From an uncultured bacterium (lineage in GTDB: Bacteria > Planctomycetota > UBA1135 > GCA-002686595): DNA of 64,000 nt. The DNA lies in NCBI GenBank assembly GCA_943787795.1, contig CALSNU010000001.1, positions 352,001-416,000 on the forward strand. Direction: 5' to 3'. This document shows, piece after piece, positions 40,173 through 52,347 of this stretch. A program made the translations under genes and the position numbers. The notes under the pieces are model-generated. The model had not been told where the DNA came from. It saw only the letters and a program-made list of their open reading frames with translations, and did no database searches. Position 1 is the stretch's first letter. Each line of letters opens with the position of its first letter.

Positions 40173-41207
40173 TCAGAGCCGCGCCTTCCAGCGCTTTGCA
40201 TGCTCGATAGCGTCGAACGAGGACATCCGCTTCAGGGGGGGCTCCCCGTCAACGATCATCCTCAGGGCATTGATTGAAGCCACCTTGACGTGGTTCTGCT
40301 CGGCGTCGAGCAGGAGGACCACGGGGGCGATCTGGTCTTCGGAGGCCGCGTAGGTGATGAGTCGCAGCAGCACCACCCGATCGCCGGGCGTCGTGGACCT
40401 GGAGAGCCTCTGTGACAGCTCCGCGCCGATCTCGGGGCCCGCGGACCTGGCGTGGGCCGAGGCCTGCTCGATGGCCGGGCTCCAGGACTTCCACGGCTCC
40501 GGAGCCGCCAGGCTGATCACGCGTTCGAGCCCCTTCGGAGAGCCGGCGGAGAGGCACAGGACGGCGGCGAGGTCGAGATCCACGGCCTCGACCGGCTGGC
40601 GTGCCCGCTTGTTGGCGGCCTCTGCCGTGAGGGCAGCGAGGTGCGCCTCGGACCGCTCGCGCAGGCCAGGATCGCCGAGCTCGGCGATCCTGCGTGCGGC
40701 GTAGCGACGGGGCGGGCGGGCGCTCTCGTCGAGGATCTCAGCGAGGAGCCGCGTGTGTTTCGGGCCGGTGACGGAGTCGAGGGCCGCCTCCAGACGCGCG
40801 CGGGCCTCGGCGTCCTTCTCGGACTTGAGGGACTTGAGGAGCAGCGGGGCCGCGGCCGGGCCAATCTCCTCCAGCCGCTGTGCTCCCTTGATCGCCATCT
40901 CCTCGGTGCGCGCCTTGCGGACCTGCGAGATGCTCTTCTTGAGCTCGGCCTTCTTGGCGAACTCGGGCCACGCCGTCGCTCGCTTGACCTCGTCCCCTGT
41001 AGCTGGATCTTCTGTAGCTGGATCTTCCGTAGCTGGATCTTCCGGAGCTGGATCCCCAGCTGTGAAGGGCCCCGCTGCGGGTGACCCATGCTTGGGTGAT
41101 TCAGCTGCGGCTGACTCAGCCGTCGAGACCTCGGTCGGAAGGGGGGCGGCGAGGGGCGCAGCTGCGGCCCAGATCGGGTGGGCGGCGAGGAGGAGCTGGG
41201 AGATCAT
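40173..41207 (-). CDS. HEAT-repeat protein, probably exported
   Basis: Helical repeats (LEEIGPAAAPLLLKSL, AARRIAELG); ATG 41207 overlaps the upstream stop (ATGA); EDPAT repeats. Confidence 0.75.
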   Translation of the reverse strand: MISQLLLAAHPIWAAAAPLAAPLPTEVSTAESAAAESPKHGSPAAGPFTAGDPAPEDPATEDPATEDPATGDEVKRATAWPEFAKKAELKKSISQVRKARTEEMAIKGAQRLEEIGPAAAPLLLKSLKSEKDAEARARLEAALDSVTGPKHTRLLAEILDESARPPRRYAARRIAELGDPGLRERSEAHLAALTAEAANKRARQPVEAVDLDLAAVLCLSAGSPKGLERVISLAAPEPWKSWSPAIEQASAHARSAGPEIGAELSQRLSRSTTPGDRVVLLRLITYAASEDQIAPVVLLLDAEQNHVKVASINALRMIVDGEPPLKRMSSFDAIEHAKRWKARL

Positions 41208-41893
41208 CGAGGGCCTCGGGTCGGATACAGGAAGGCCGGAGGCACCATGGGCTCCCACTCGGGGTCCACGATCTCGATCTTGAAGCCCTGAACCGCGTCC
41301 TGAACCAGGTCACGGACGCCCTCGGGCGGAAGATAGGGCACGTCGTAGCGGAGGATCGTGACCTCGGATTGGCCTCCGAATTCGCCCGGCGGGTCCGTGG
41401 TCGCTGTGAGCTTGAAGAACGTCCAGTTGCCGGGCGTCTCCTGGAGGTCGGAGACAGTCAGCGGCTCCATCTGGCTCGCGATCGCCCAGGGGATCAGCCC
41501 GACCTCCTTGAAGGTCCCGCTCATGACCCGCGGCTCCGGCGCGTCGGGCGGCATCTCACCGGTCTCGCGCAGCGCGGACAGGAGGCTCTGGGCCTGCGCG
41601 AAGGCCTCCTCCCGGGCGCTCGGGTCCAACGCCGCGCCGGCGGCTAGCGGAATGGAGATGTTGCTGAGCACCTTGCGGCGGTGATCGCGAAGGACGAACT
41701 CGGGTTCAATCCGGGCGATGGCTTCCACGAAACGGTCCACGTCCGCGGCGAGCACGGGCTGGTCATCGACGAGGAGGATCGTGCCCTCGGGGTACGACCT
41801 GGGGGTCGGGGCGTCGGGTGTCGGCTCGGAGCAACCCGCCGAGCAAAGGACCGGGGTCAGGAGGAGAACTGTTCTGAACATGGGGTGGTTCAT
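41204..41893 (-). CDS. Hypothetical lipoprotein
   Basis: Lipobox-like CSAGC; 'LLVDDQPV...DVDRF' resembles the start of a SurA N-terminal domain. Confidence 0.7.
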   Translation of the reverse strand: MNHPMFRTVLLLTPVLCSAGCSEPTPDAPTPRSYPEGTILLVDDQPVLAADVDRFVEAIARIEPEFVLRDHRRKVLSNISIPLAAGAALDPSAREEAFAQAQSLLSALRETGEMPPDAPEPRVMSGTFKEVGLIPWAIASQMEPLTVSDLQETPGNWTFFKLTATTDPPGEFGGQSEVTILRYDVPYLPPEGVRDLVQDAVQGFKIEIVDPEWEPMVPPAFLYPTRGPR

Positions 41894-41901
41894 CCTCCGC
41901 C

Positions 41902-42615
41902 CTACGACTCGTCGGGGGGGGTGTTTCGACCTCCTTCTCTTCGATCGAAGCTGGAAATGAAGGGCAGGACACGCCCGGCGAGGAAGTCGTAGGTCTTCAG
42001 CACGTTCTGCTCGAGCGCCTCGAGCCCACCGGCGGGGTCGGCGGGTCCGAAGGTGCCGTGCACCTCGATATAGAGGGAGCGAAGATCAGCGCTGTACGAC
42101 TCGATCCGGAGGCCGAATGCGCTGTCATCCCCGGGCTCGGGGCTGAAGCCCAGGCGCAGGCCCACCAGCTGGGACGTCCGGCCGAGCGTCTCCAACTCGT
42201 CGCCGAAGCCGAAGACGCGGTCCTTCAGGAAGGCGCGCGTGTCGGTCTGCGTGCGCGGATTGACCAGGCTCTGGAGGACCACCTGCTGGGCTGACAGCGT
42301 CGTGATGCCCCGCAGGGGGGCGGCGCGCTCGGCGATCTCGCGGACCCGGGCGGCGAAGGCCTCATGGGTGAGCGTGCCCTTCTCCTCCCGGAATTGGATC
42401 CGATCGGCCAGGAAGGCCACCTGCGACACTGCGCCCGGGGTCGCCATCGGGTTGGAGAGGATGGGGCCGATCGGGCTCACCTGGAAGCCCGCATAAGCGG
42501 GCTGGCCGCCCTCGAACATCTCATTATGAAGCCGCTGGATGGGCCTCGGGTCGGGTGCGATCGCCGGGTGAAGAAGCTCGCAAAGGAGGGCAATTGTGCG
42601 CGTGGGATAGGCCAT
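41902..42615 (-). CDS. Hypothetical protein, first gene of a four-gene operon
   Basis: ORF with genome-typical codon usage; 8-bp gap to the next gene. Confidence 0.75.
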   Translation of the reverse strand: MAYPTRTIALLCELLHPAIAPDPRPIQRLHNEMFEGGQPAYAGFQVSPIGPILSNPMATPGAVSQVAFLADRIQFREEKGTLTHEAFAARVREIAERAAPLRGITTLSAQQVVLQSLVNPRTQTDTRAFLKDRVFGFGDELETLGRTSQLVGLRLGFSPEPGDDSAFGLRIESYSADLRSLYIEVHGTFGPADPAGGLEALEQNVLKTYDFLAGRVLPFISSFDRREGGRNTPPDES

Positions 42616-42854
42616 GGAATGCCGATCAACCTACCCGGGAGCGACCCTCTCTGCTTGGACTCGCCCGCGTCCCTTCGCGCCACAAGCGCCAGCGCCCAAG
42701 GACCCTGCAACCCAGTTCCCGCTTTCTTCTCTCACGACGGGAGTGGCTCCGTAGGATCCTGTCCCGAAAACCCATCTGATTGACCCGCGCGACCCGGCCC
42801 GCCCCTCGAATCGGGCCCTCACCACCGCGCAGTCTGCTCAACCTCTCTGGACCG

Positions 42855-44669
42855 ATGAAGAATCGCCTCCTCCTCACTCTCCCGCTCCTCGGCCTCGCCG
42901 CTCCTGCCGCCCACGCTGAGCCGCTGGTCCCTGTCACCGTTCCCCAGGCCGATGACGCCGCGGCCGCGACCTCCGAGTTCGGCGAGCCCGTCTTCGTGAA
43001 TGGGGTGCGCATCTCCGACATGGCGATCAAGCGCTTCCTCGTCTACGGCCCTGGCCGCAACGGGCTGGACGCGCGCAAGCTCCAGATCCTGATGGACCAC
43101 GAGCGTGAGATCCGCGTGGATGAGGTCCGCGAGGTGGTGGCCGCCGACATGGCGGGCGCCAGCGACGAGGCGGTCGCCGCTGAGGTCGCCAAGCGCATGG
43201 AGCGCTTCGACCTCGACACGTCCTTCGTGGACCGCCGGCTCGCGGCCGAGAAGGCCAGCTTTCAGGAGCGCTTTCCGACGCTCGACCATGAGGTCGAGCT
43301 GCGGCGCGCGTACGGGTCGGGGGACTGGTATCGAGACCAGGTCCGTCAGACCATGGAGTTCGATCGGCTCTTCTTCCCGGAGCACCCCGACAGCTGGCCG
43401 ATGCTGTCCGTCGAGGCGATCCAGGGCGGCTCTCCCCAGGTGGACCTGATCGCGGACTACGCGCGGGAATTCGAACGCCGCCTCGCCGTCTCCGAGGAGA
43501 CCGGCGAGCCGATCGTGGCCGAGCAGGAGATGATGATGTCGCTCCTGCGAGACTTCGTGATGCAGGCTCTGTGGAGCCTCGCTGAGGTCAAGACGGCGAC
43601 GCAGGGGATCCCCGAGGAGCTCGCCATGGTCATCGACGGCGGCGACTGGAGCGCCGAGGTCAAGACCCAGGGGGTGTTCGACGAGATGCGCGTGGCCTTC
43701 AGCGCCCAGGACATCGAGGACGCCAAGCTCTGCCTCGCGCTCCTCGAGGCGGCCCGTCAGAAGCTGGAGGCCGAGGGTGTCCTCAGCAGCGATGAGGAAT
43801 TCCAGACCATGGTCGCGAGCATCCGCGAGCAAATGGCGAACTCCATGTTCAACATGGACTTCCTCGCGCTCCAGGGCCACGGCTTCCCCTCAGCGGAGAC
43901 CTACGAGCAGCACCTCCGCTTGGTGGACTCCTTCAAGTCAGGCCGCACGGCCGCGCTCGAGATCGGTGACAACGGTGAGCTCGGAGCCGAGCTCCAGGCG
44001 CACCTCCCGATCGCCAACGGGATCATGGGGCTCGCGAAGGCGCGGGCGGAGATCCTCATGGTCTCGGCCTTCGACTTCCCTTCGTTCTCGTGGAAGGAGA
44101 ACGGCTGGGAGGACGCCTACGAGCAGGCCACCGCGCTGCGCGGCCAGGTGGACGCTTACCTCGCCGCCCTCGCGACCGAGGCCGACGCCCGGGCGGCGGC
44201 TGCAGAGAAGGGTGAGAACTTCGCCCCCGAGCAGGAGCTGCTCCCGTTCGATCGCTGGTGGACGGACCTGCTCCGTCAGAACAGCGACTACTGGGACCCG
44301 CCCCTGCCGGCCACCGGGAAGCAGCCGCCCGCCATCGGTCTCAAGAACTTCGGCGCCTTCAACGAGGAGCCGATGACCCGCAACGACATGAAGCGGGCGA
44401 TCGGAGAGTCCGAGTACGAGCACTTCCTCGCGAACGGAGCCCTCGTCGACACCATCTTCTTCGACATGGAGCCGGGCACCGTCGCCGGGCCCTACCGCGG
44501 GCCGAAGGGCTTCTACCTCATCTACCTGAAGGGGCGTACTCGCCCGACCAATCCGCTCAACCTGCGGACCGAGCGGCACCGGCAGATGATCCAGGAGGAC
44601 TGGGTCCGCAAGGCCTTCCAGGCTTACGCGCACGAGGCCCTGGCGTCAGCCGAGACGAGCGGCCTCTGA
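42855..44669 (+). CDS. Exported SurA/parvulin-like chaperone (divergent)
   Basis: Signal peptide AHA|E; VFVNGVRIS; ARAEILM; 'FFDMEPGTVAGPYRGPKGFYLI' rotamase C-terminal pattern. Confidence 0.65.
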   Translation: MKNRLLLTLPLLGLAAPAAHAEPLVPVTVPQADDAAAATSEFGEPVFVNGVRISDMAIKRFLVYGPGRNGLDARKLQILMDHEREIRVDEVREVVAADMAGASDEAVAAEVAKRMERFDLDTSFVDRRLAAEKASFQERFPTLDHEVELRRAYGSGDWYRDQVRQTMEFDRLFFPEHPDSWPMLSVEAIQGGSPQVDLIADYAREFERRLAVSEETGEPIVAEQEMMMSLLRDFVMQALWSLAEVKTATQGIPEELAMVIDGGDWSAEVKTQGVFDEMRVAFSAQDIEDAKLCLALLEAARQKLEAEGVLSSDEEFQTMVASIREQMANSMFNMDFLALQGHGFPSAETYEQHLRLVDSFKSGRTAALEIGDNGELGAELQAHLPIANGIMGLAKARAEILMVSAFDFPSFSWKENGWEDAYEQATALRGQVDAYLAALATEADARAAAAEKGENFAPEQELLPFDRWWTDLLRQNSDYWDPPLPATGKQPPAIGLKNFGAFNEEPMTRNDMKRAIGESEYEHFLANGALVDTIFFDMEPGTVAGPYRGPKGFYLIYLKGRTRPTNPLNLRTERHRQMIQEDWVRKAFQAYAHEALASAETSGL

Positions 44670-44695
44670 GCTGCAATCGAGGCCATCGGCCGCCC

Positions 44696-44740
44696 CGCGA
44701 GGCGCCCCCGGATGACCCGGGGGCGCCTCGCGCCCGTTTT
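44696..44740 (+). terminator. Perfect 16-bp stem hairpin followed by a short T tract
   Basis: CGCGAGGCGCCCCCGG-ATGAC-CCGGGGGCGCCTCGCG then CCCGTTTT. Confidence 0.7.
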
Positions 44741-44790
44741 GAACCGATTCCGGGTGGAAGCCTGCATGAAGCGCCCTAGCTTCGCGCCCC

Positions 44791-46806
<2,016 letters not shown>

Positions 46807-46924
46807 GGGGCTGCCGGGCAGTCTTCTGCCCCGAGGGCGGTCAGGCGTGAGCGGCGAGCTCGCGCAGCGAACGCGAGCGCGCCGCCCGGCGGTGACGACG
46901 TCGCGCGGCCGCGAGAGACATCCC

Positions 46925-48886
46925 TCAGCGTACGCGGCGTAGCTCGACCTCGCCGAGGGACGGCGGCTTCTCGAAGGGGCCGCCCGCGAACTCGATGCGC
47001 AGGGTGCCCACGGGCACCGGCTTCTTGAGGCTGATCGTGGTCTTCACCCGGCGGTCAGGGTCCATCTTGCCTGTGATGGCATCCCGGTCCTTGCCGTTGA
47101 TCGTGATCTTGAACGCTCCGAAGCGGGGGCTGCCGGGGCGCCCATGGCTGAGCACGATTTGATTGGTCTTGAGCTTCTTCCGGGTGGTGATCTCGACCCA
47201 GGGGGCGGCGTCCGTGGGGGTGGGGCTCCAGCCCACGCCGGTCATTCGATCGATGACACCCGCGGCCTTGCCCTGGGCGCCGGTCCCCTCGGAGGACGCG
47301 GTCGCCTGGACCTTGACCATCCGGAGCAGGTTCAGGTCCATGTCCGTCGCGTACTCATCCCACTCAGGTCGGTCCTTCATGCCCACCCGGATGCGCAGTG
47401 GCTTGGACTTCAGGGGGTCGGACTTGCCCTCGACGAAGACGTGTGCGGTGACGTCGCACATGCGCGGTCCGTCGAGGTCGCACTGGATGGCGTAGCGCTG
47501 CCGCGCCATGGCGCCGTCATCGTCCGCGACGATCGAGGCGATGAGGACCTGACCGGCCTCTCCCTCGAAGGGCGGCCGCCAGTACTCGACGCGCTCGACC
47601 CCAACGGGGCCGTCGCCGTCCTCTCCTGACGCATACTTGAAGGAGGCGTCTTTGCCGAAGGACGAGATCCAGATCGTGGTCTTGGAGCGGCCGTTGGCTC
47701 GCAGGGAGACGTCCGACTTGGGGTCATCTTCGCCGAAGGCCCAGCGGTTGCCCTTGACCGCCTTCGTCTTGCCAGAGATCGGTCCGAAGGACCCCGTGGC
47801 GCGAGAGAGGAAGAGCAGCGAGAAGGCTGTCTCCGCCTCGTTGCCCCAGCGCCCCTGTTCGTTCTGCTTCGCGACGAGGCTCTCGGCGCCGAGCTGGTAC
47901 CAGGGCTTGCCGCCGATGAGTCCGTCCTTGAGGAGCGAGCCGACCCGCTCGATGCCGTAGAGGTAGTAGTAGAACCGCCCCATGGATCCCGACTCCGAGG
48001 TGGGGACCGGATTGCGCTCGGTATCGAAGTGCACATCAATCCAGTGCTTCCCCTCCGCAAGGGCACGCTCATACGGGCCCTTCCGGCCCCTCATCTGCTC
48101 GATGCAGATCGCGAGCACCGCGACGCCCGCGGCCGTCATGCTGCCCGTCGCGTGTTCCGCGTTGGTCGTGTAGCGAAAGCCCCGCGCGCGGAGGCCACTC
48201 TCGACACCCTTCACTGGCTCGGCATAGTCGAGCACGGCGTCAGCGAGGCGCTTCCAGACCTTCGAGGGGATGGAGACTCCGGCCGCTGCCGCCGACCGCA
48301 GGGCCATGGCGGCGTACTGGGTGTTCGAGAGGTCGGGGTGACTGGTCGGGTACGCCCACCCCTCGTTGACCTGGGTATCGAGCAGCTCCTCCACCAGCTG
48401 CTCCATCCACTCCTCGTCTTGCTTGAGCCCGCGGGTCGCGACCGCGAGCAGGACGCAGGACCGGCTGTAGGTCTTCTTCGCCGGGTGGCGCTCCATGAAC
48501 GCGAAGCCTCGCCGGATCGCGGGATGCTCCTGGGGGAGGCCCGACTTCATCAGCGCATACAGGGCGAGTCCGGTCATTCCCGGGCCGTAGTTGTCCAGGT
48601 TCTGGAGCCACGAACCGTCGATGGATTGGAGCGTGAGCAGGTGCTCGATACCGAGGTCCAGGGACTTGCTGATGTCACTCTGGAGCTTGGCGGGGACCTC
48701 CCTCATGCCCGGTGCCGGCCCGTCCCCCTTGTTCTGGGCAAGGCTCGAAGGGGCCATGGCGACGAGCAGGACGGCGCCGCAGAGGCCGGTCAACAGCGCC
48801 CGCCAGGCGGCCGTTGACCGACGGGTCATCGACCGGAGGGGGGGCGTCGGCCAGGCCGTGGTCGTCGGAGAGGAGTCGATGGGCAT
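46925..48886 (-). CDS. Exported protein with prenyltransferase/terpene-cyclase-like alpha-barrel domain and C-terminal beta domain
   Basis: Q..DGSW, DLSNTQYAAMAL, GSMTAAG, YYYLYGIERVG, WY..GA..LV..Q...G.W; start uncertain (48886 or 48829). Confidence 0.7.
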   Translation of the reverse strand: MPIDSSPTTTAWPTPPLRSMTRRSTAAWRALLTGLCGAVLLVAMAPSSLAQNKGDGPAPGMREVPAKLQSDISKSLDLGIEHLLTLQSIDGSWLQNLDNYGPGMTGLALYALMKSGLPQEHPAIRRGFAFMERHPAKKTYSRSCVLLAVATRGLKQDEEWMEQLVEELLDTQVNEGWAYPTSHPDLSNTQYAAMALRSAAAAGVSIPSKVWKRLADAVLDYAEPVKGVESGLRARGFRYTTNAEHATGSMTAAGVAVLAICIEQMRGRKGPYERALAEGKHWIDVHFDTERNPVPTSESGSMGRFYYYLYGIERVGSLLKDGLIGGKPWYQLGAESLVAKQNEQGRWGNEAETAFSLLFLSRATGSFGPISGKTKAVKGNRWAFGEDDPKSDVSLRANGRSKTTIWISSFGKDASFKYASGEDGDGPVGVERVEYWRPPFEGEAGQVLIASIVADDDGAMARQRYAIQCDLDGPRMCDVTAHVFVEGKSDPLKSKPLRIRVGMKDRPEWDEYATDMDLNLLRMVKVQATASSEGTGAQGKAAGVIDRMTGVGWSPTPTDAAPWVEITTRKKLKTNQIVLSHGRPGSPRFGAFKITINGKDRDAITGKMDPDRRVKTTISLKKPVPVGTLRIEFAGGPFEKPPSLGEVELRRVR

Positions 48887-48984
48887 GGAGGATGGAGGAG
48901 GGCGCCGCGCTCCTCTGACCTTACCCACCTCCGCCGGATTCACCACAGGGGGCAAGCCCGGGTTCCACCTGGCCTCATCCAGCC

Positions 48985-49464
48985 TCAGATGGCCTCGAGC
49001 AGGCAGACGGCCTGGACGGCGACGCCCGCACCGTCTGCGAGGGCGCCCATGCCCTCGAGGGTCTTGCCCTTCACGTTGACCGCGCCGGCATCCACTCCTG
49101 AGAGCTCTGCGATCCGGGCACGCATGGCGGCTCGATGGGGCTTGATCCGCGGGCCCTCGGTCGCGATCACCACGTCGAGGTTCACCAGGGTCCAACCGGC
49201 GGCGTGGACCAGGCGGACGGCCTCCTTGAAGAGCGCCGCGCTGTCCGCGCCCTTCCAGCGCGGGTCGTCGTCGGGGAAGAGCGTGCCGATGTCATCCAGG
49301 CCAGCCGCGCCGGTGACGGCATCGGTGAGCGCGTGGAGGACGGCGTCCCCGTCAGAGTGTCCGGCGGGACCTGTGGGGTGCGGGAGCGTGATCCCGCCGA
49401 GAACACAGGGGCGTCCATCCTCCAGGCGGTGGAGATCGAAGCCCAGGCCGACGCGCATGCTCAC
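48985..49464 (-). CDS. ispF: 2-C-methyl-D-erythritol 2,4-cyclodiphosphate synthase
   Basis: RVGLGFDLH, GHSDGDAVLHA, DIGTLFPD, VNVKGKT. Confidence 0.95.
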   Translation of the reverse strand: MSMRVGLGFDLHRLEDGRPCVLGGITLPHPTGPAGHSDGDAVLHALTDAVTGAAGLDDIGTLFPDDDPRWKGADSAALFKEAVRLVHAAGWTLVNLDVVIATEGPRIKPHRAAMRARIAELSGVDAGAVNVKGKTLEGMGALADGAGVAVQAVCLLEAI

Positions 49465-50213
49465 GCGGCACCTCCGTCGGCGCCGTCGAGGAGTGCGGCC
49501 AGCGCCGCGCCGAGGACGAGGTCATCCGGAGCGGTCATCTTGACGTTGTTGCGGGAGCCTTCCACGACCCTGGAGGGCCCGTGGTAGTGCTCATGCAACC
49601 CCGCATCGTCGGTGGGGCGGAAGCCGTCTCGCTCAGCCCGGGCGAGGACATCGTGGAAGCGCGCGGCGCGCATGCCTTGCGGAGTCTGCGCGGCCCAGTA
49701 TTGGTCGCGGTCCATGGACTCCTCCGAGAGGAAGCCGTTGGGGACGTACTTGAGCGTGTCGCTGACCCGGGTCCCCAGGAGCGCGCTGCCGTGCTCGTAG
49801 GCGGCGCGAGCGACGGACTCCACATGGTCTGGCTCGACGAAGCACCGCGCCGCGTCGTGGACGAGGATGACGTCCACGTCGTCCGACGTGGCACGGACCC
49901 CCGCGTGCACGGAGTCTGTTCGCTCCGCGCCTCCTTCCACGAGGGCGTGGACCGAGCCGCGGTGCGCGTGCAGGGCCTCTTCGACCGCGCCGCGGTCTTC
50001 CTCCCGGATGACCACGACCAGCTCGACGACGGAGGGCGCGGCGAGCAGGGCGGCCGCGGAGCGCTCAAGGATCGTCCGGTCACCGAGCGTTCGCAGGGCC
50101 TTTGAGGTCTCGCCGCCCATGCGAGTGGACGCACCTGCAGCGAGGAGGACGGCAGCCGACCGGAGTTCCGGTCCTTCGTGTGGGTCTCTGAGCTCCATGG
50201 ATGTGGGCTGCAC
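49461..50213 (-). CDS. ispD: 2-C-methyl-D-erythritol 4-phosphate cytidylyltransferase
   Basis: LAAGASTRM, GGAERTDSV, VHDAAR, AQTPQ, TDDA, NVKMT; overlaps the ispF start. Confidence 0.93.
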   Translation of the reverse strand: MQPTSMELRDPHEGPELRSAAVLLAAGASTRMGGETSKALRTLGDRTILERSAAALLAAPSVVELVVVIREEDRGAVEEALHAHRGSVHALVEGGAERTDSVHAGVRATSDDVDVILVHDAARCFVEPDHVESVARAAYEHGSALLGTRVSDTLKYVPNGFLSEESMDRDQYWAAQTPQGMRAARFHDVLARAERDGFRPTDDAGLHEHYHGPSRVVEGSRNNVKMTAPDDLVLGAALAALLDGADGGAA

Positions 50214-50294
50214 GGCCCCTTTGCGGGGCGCGTTTCTCGACGCAGCGCCGATAACGTAGGCTCAAGCTCCGGCCGCCGCACGGTCGCAACGCCC

Positions 50295-50828
50295 ATGTCC
50301 ACCGCAGAACTTCCCCAGGTTCCCGAGGACCTCGCCTGGCCGGTGATCCTCGGGATCGACCCGGGGACGAGGCTGATGGGCTACGGCGCGATCATCCACC
50401 ACGCCGACGGGCCGAGGATGCTGGCTGCAGGGGCCATTCGAGGGGGGCCGTCCAAGGACGTCCCGACCCGGCTCGGCGAGATTCGACGCGAGCTGGACGT
50501 GCTGCTCGGTCGGCTTCGTCCCAGCGTCGTGGTGGTCGAGCACGCGTTCACCGCCATCAACATGCAGTCGGCGCTGCGGGTGGGTGAGGGGCGCGGGGTC
50601 GCGCTCTCCGCCGCGGTGGTGCACGGGGCCGAGGTCGTGCAGTACCAGGCGTCGGAGGCCAAGAAGTCGGTTGTGGGGGACGGGCAGGCCAAGAAGGAGA
50701 GGGTGGCGGCCATGGTCGCAGCCGAGCTCGGGCTGGAGGTCGTGCCCGAACCCATCGACGCCACGGACGCCCTCGCCCTCGCGCTGACCTACGTCCACCG
50801 ACAGCGGTTCGCGAACCGGCTCGGTTGA
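50295..50828 (+). CDS. ruvC: Holliday junction resolvase RuvC
   Basis: ILGIDPG...GYG, VVVEH, EGRGV, KKSVVGDG.A.K, DATDALALA. Confidence 0.95.
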   Translation: MSTAELPQVPEDLAWPVILGIDPGTRLMGYGAIIHHADGPRMLAAGAIRGGPSKDVPTRLGEIRRELDVLLGRLRPSVVVVEHAFTAINMQSALRVGEGRGVALSAAVVHGAEVVQYQASEAKKSVVGDGQAKKERVAAMVAAELGLEVVPEPIDATDALALALTYVHRQRFANRLG

Positions 50829-50920
50829 GCGTGGAGGGGGGCGTCCGCGCCGCCCCGGGCGCTGATCACTCCCCTGTGGGGCGGCCCCGTCTTCGTGGGA
50901 TGACCTCGTCCTTGTTGGAT

Positions 50921-50965
50921 GACTCTTTGTGGGGTGATTCTCTGTGGGGTGATTCTCTGTGGGAC
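50921..50965. repeat. 15-bp tandem repeat x3 (GATTCTCTGTGGGGT)
   Basis: Read directly, downstream of ruvC. Confidence 0.8.
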
Positions 50966-51246
50966 GATCCCGGCGAGTGGTGCAGCCGTCGGCCAACGCC
51001 AGAGCGCTAGCTGTGGCCAGATCGTGTCCGGGCAAAGGCCTGCGTGCGCCGCGGGCCTTCACGGGAGGTTGTCCGAGGGAATCGAGACAAATGAGCGTGA
51101 TTTGGGTGCGGAGAGCCCCCTCGCCCGCCGTTGACATCAGCAGGGAATGCCGCCGCCTACCTTGGGAGAGCGCATCCTGCAGGCCTCGTCGAGTGACGGG
51201 CCGTTCATAAAATCTGGCCCTCACTGGGAACGGGAGACGTGGAACG

Positions 51247-52200
51247 ATGAACCGCTGGGATCATGCGCGCCAACTGCTCCGGATCGGCCGCCGCGCCGAG
51301 ACCGGCGGGAGCCTTCCGGAGGAGCCCTTCCGGACGCCGATGGAGCGGGTCCAGCCAGGACCGCGCTCGGTCCGTTGCCGTTCCCTCTGCATCGCCAGCG
51401 GGAAGGGGGGGACGGGCAAGTCCTCCATGACGGCGGCGTTTGCTGACCTCCTCAGGGGCCACGGCAAGGTGCTCCTGCTGGACGCAGACCTCGGCTGCGC
51501 GAACGCCCACATCTTTCACGATGTCCACCCCGAGCACAGCTTCGCGGACGTGGTCGCCGGCGACCGCGGGGTGCATGAGATCGTGACGCCCTGCGCTCCC
51601 GGCCTCGACCTGCTCCCTGGCGGGTCGGGGGTCGGCCGCCTCGCCGGGCTACGGGAGTATGAGCTTGAGATGATCGGTCGGGGCCTCGCACGGGTCGAAT
51701 CGGACTACGACTTCCTCCTCGTGGACTCCGCCGCGGGCCTCTCCCGCCAGACGGTGGCCTTCGCCGCGGCATGCGACCAGACCGTCCTCGTGACGACCCC
51801 GGACGTCACGGCGATGACGGACGCGTACGCGTTCCTCAAGGTCTTCGTCCGGCAATGCGCCGCCCTTGGACAGCAGCGCGAGCTGCCTCTGCTCGTCGTG
51901 AACCGGGCCACCTCGGATCAGGAGGCCAAGGAGGTCGGCAGCCGGCTCCGTGATGTGACGGGCAAGTTCCTTGATCAGCGCCTCGAGGTGCTCGGCTGGA
52001 TCCCGGAGGACCGGGCGGTGTTCCGGTGCACGCAGCGTCGCCAATCGGTGGTCTCCGGCGAGCCGGAATCTGAGTTCGGGCGAGCGCTCGAGCAGGTGTC
52101 GAGCGACCTGCTGACCCGGCTCCAGGACAGCGATGGGACGGGCGCGGGTGAGCGACTCGAGGTGATGTCGACGCGGCCCGCCAAGACGCGGCGGGCCTGA
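51247..52200 (+). CDS. MinD/FlhG(FleN)-family ATPase
   Basis: Deviant Walker A ASGKGGTGKS, DADLG.AN, VDSAAG, TPDVTAMTDAYA. Confidence 0.9.
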   Translation: MNRWDHARQLLRIGRRAETGGSLPEEPFRTPMERVQPGPRSVRCRSLCIASGKGGTGKSSMTAAFADLLRGHGKVLLLDADLGCANAHIFHDVHPEHSFADVVAGDRGVHEIVTPCAPGLDLLPGGSGVGRLAGLREYELEMIGRGLARVESDYDFLLVDSAAGLSRQTVAFAAACDQTVLVTTPDVTAMTDAYAFLKVFVRQCAALGQQRELPLLVVNRATSDQEAKEVGSRLRDVTGKFLDQRLEVLGWIPEDRAVFRCTQRRQSVVSGEPESEFGRALEQVSSDLLTRLQDSDGTGAGERLEVMSTRPAKTRRA

Positions 52201-52221
52201 TCGGCGGCCTGACGGGCGGGC

Positions 52222-52260
52222 CAGCTAGGCGGAGCAGCTAGGCGGAACAGCTAGGCGGAT
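52222..52260. repeat. 13-bp tandem repeat x3 (CAGCTAGGCGGAN)
   Basis: Read directly, just after the ATPase stop. Confidence 0.8.
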
Positions 52261-52347
52261 CTGACGGGCGGGGACTTCTGATCGTTGCGCGTCGCCTTCT
52301 TCTCGTCCGGCCCGCGACGGGGCGAGCGCCCGTCCGTCTGATCGGAC

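Noticed and set aside
48887..49195. N-terminal extension of the 46925..49195 ORF
   Set aside because: It overlaps ispF in another frame and is low-complexity; the true start is downstream
51247..52200. Calling the ATPase flhG as part of a flagellar locus
   Set aside because: No flhF or flagellar genes are adjacent, so only a family-level call is supportable
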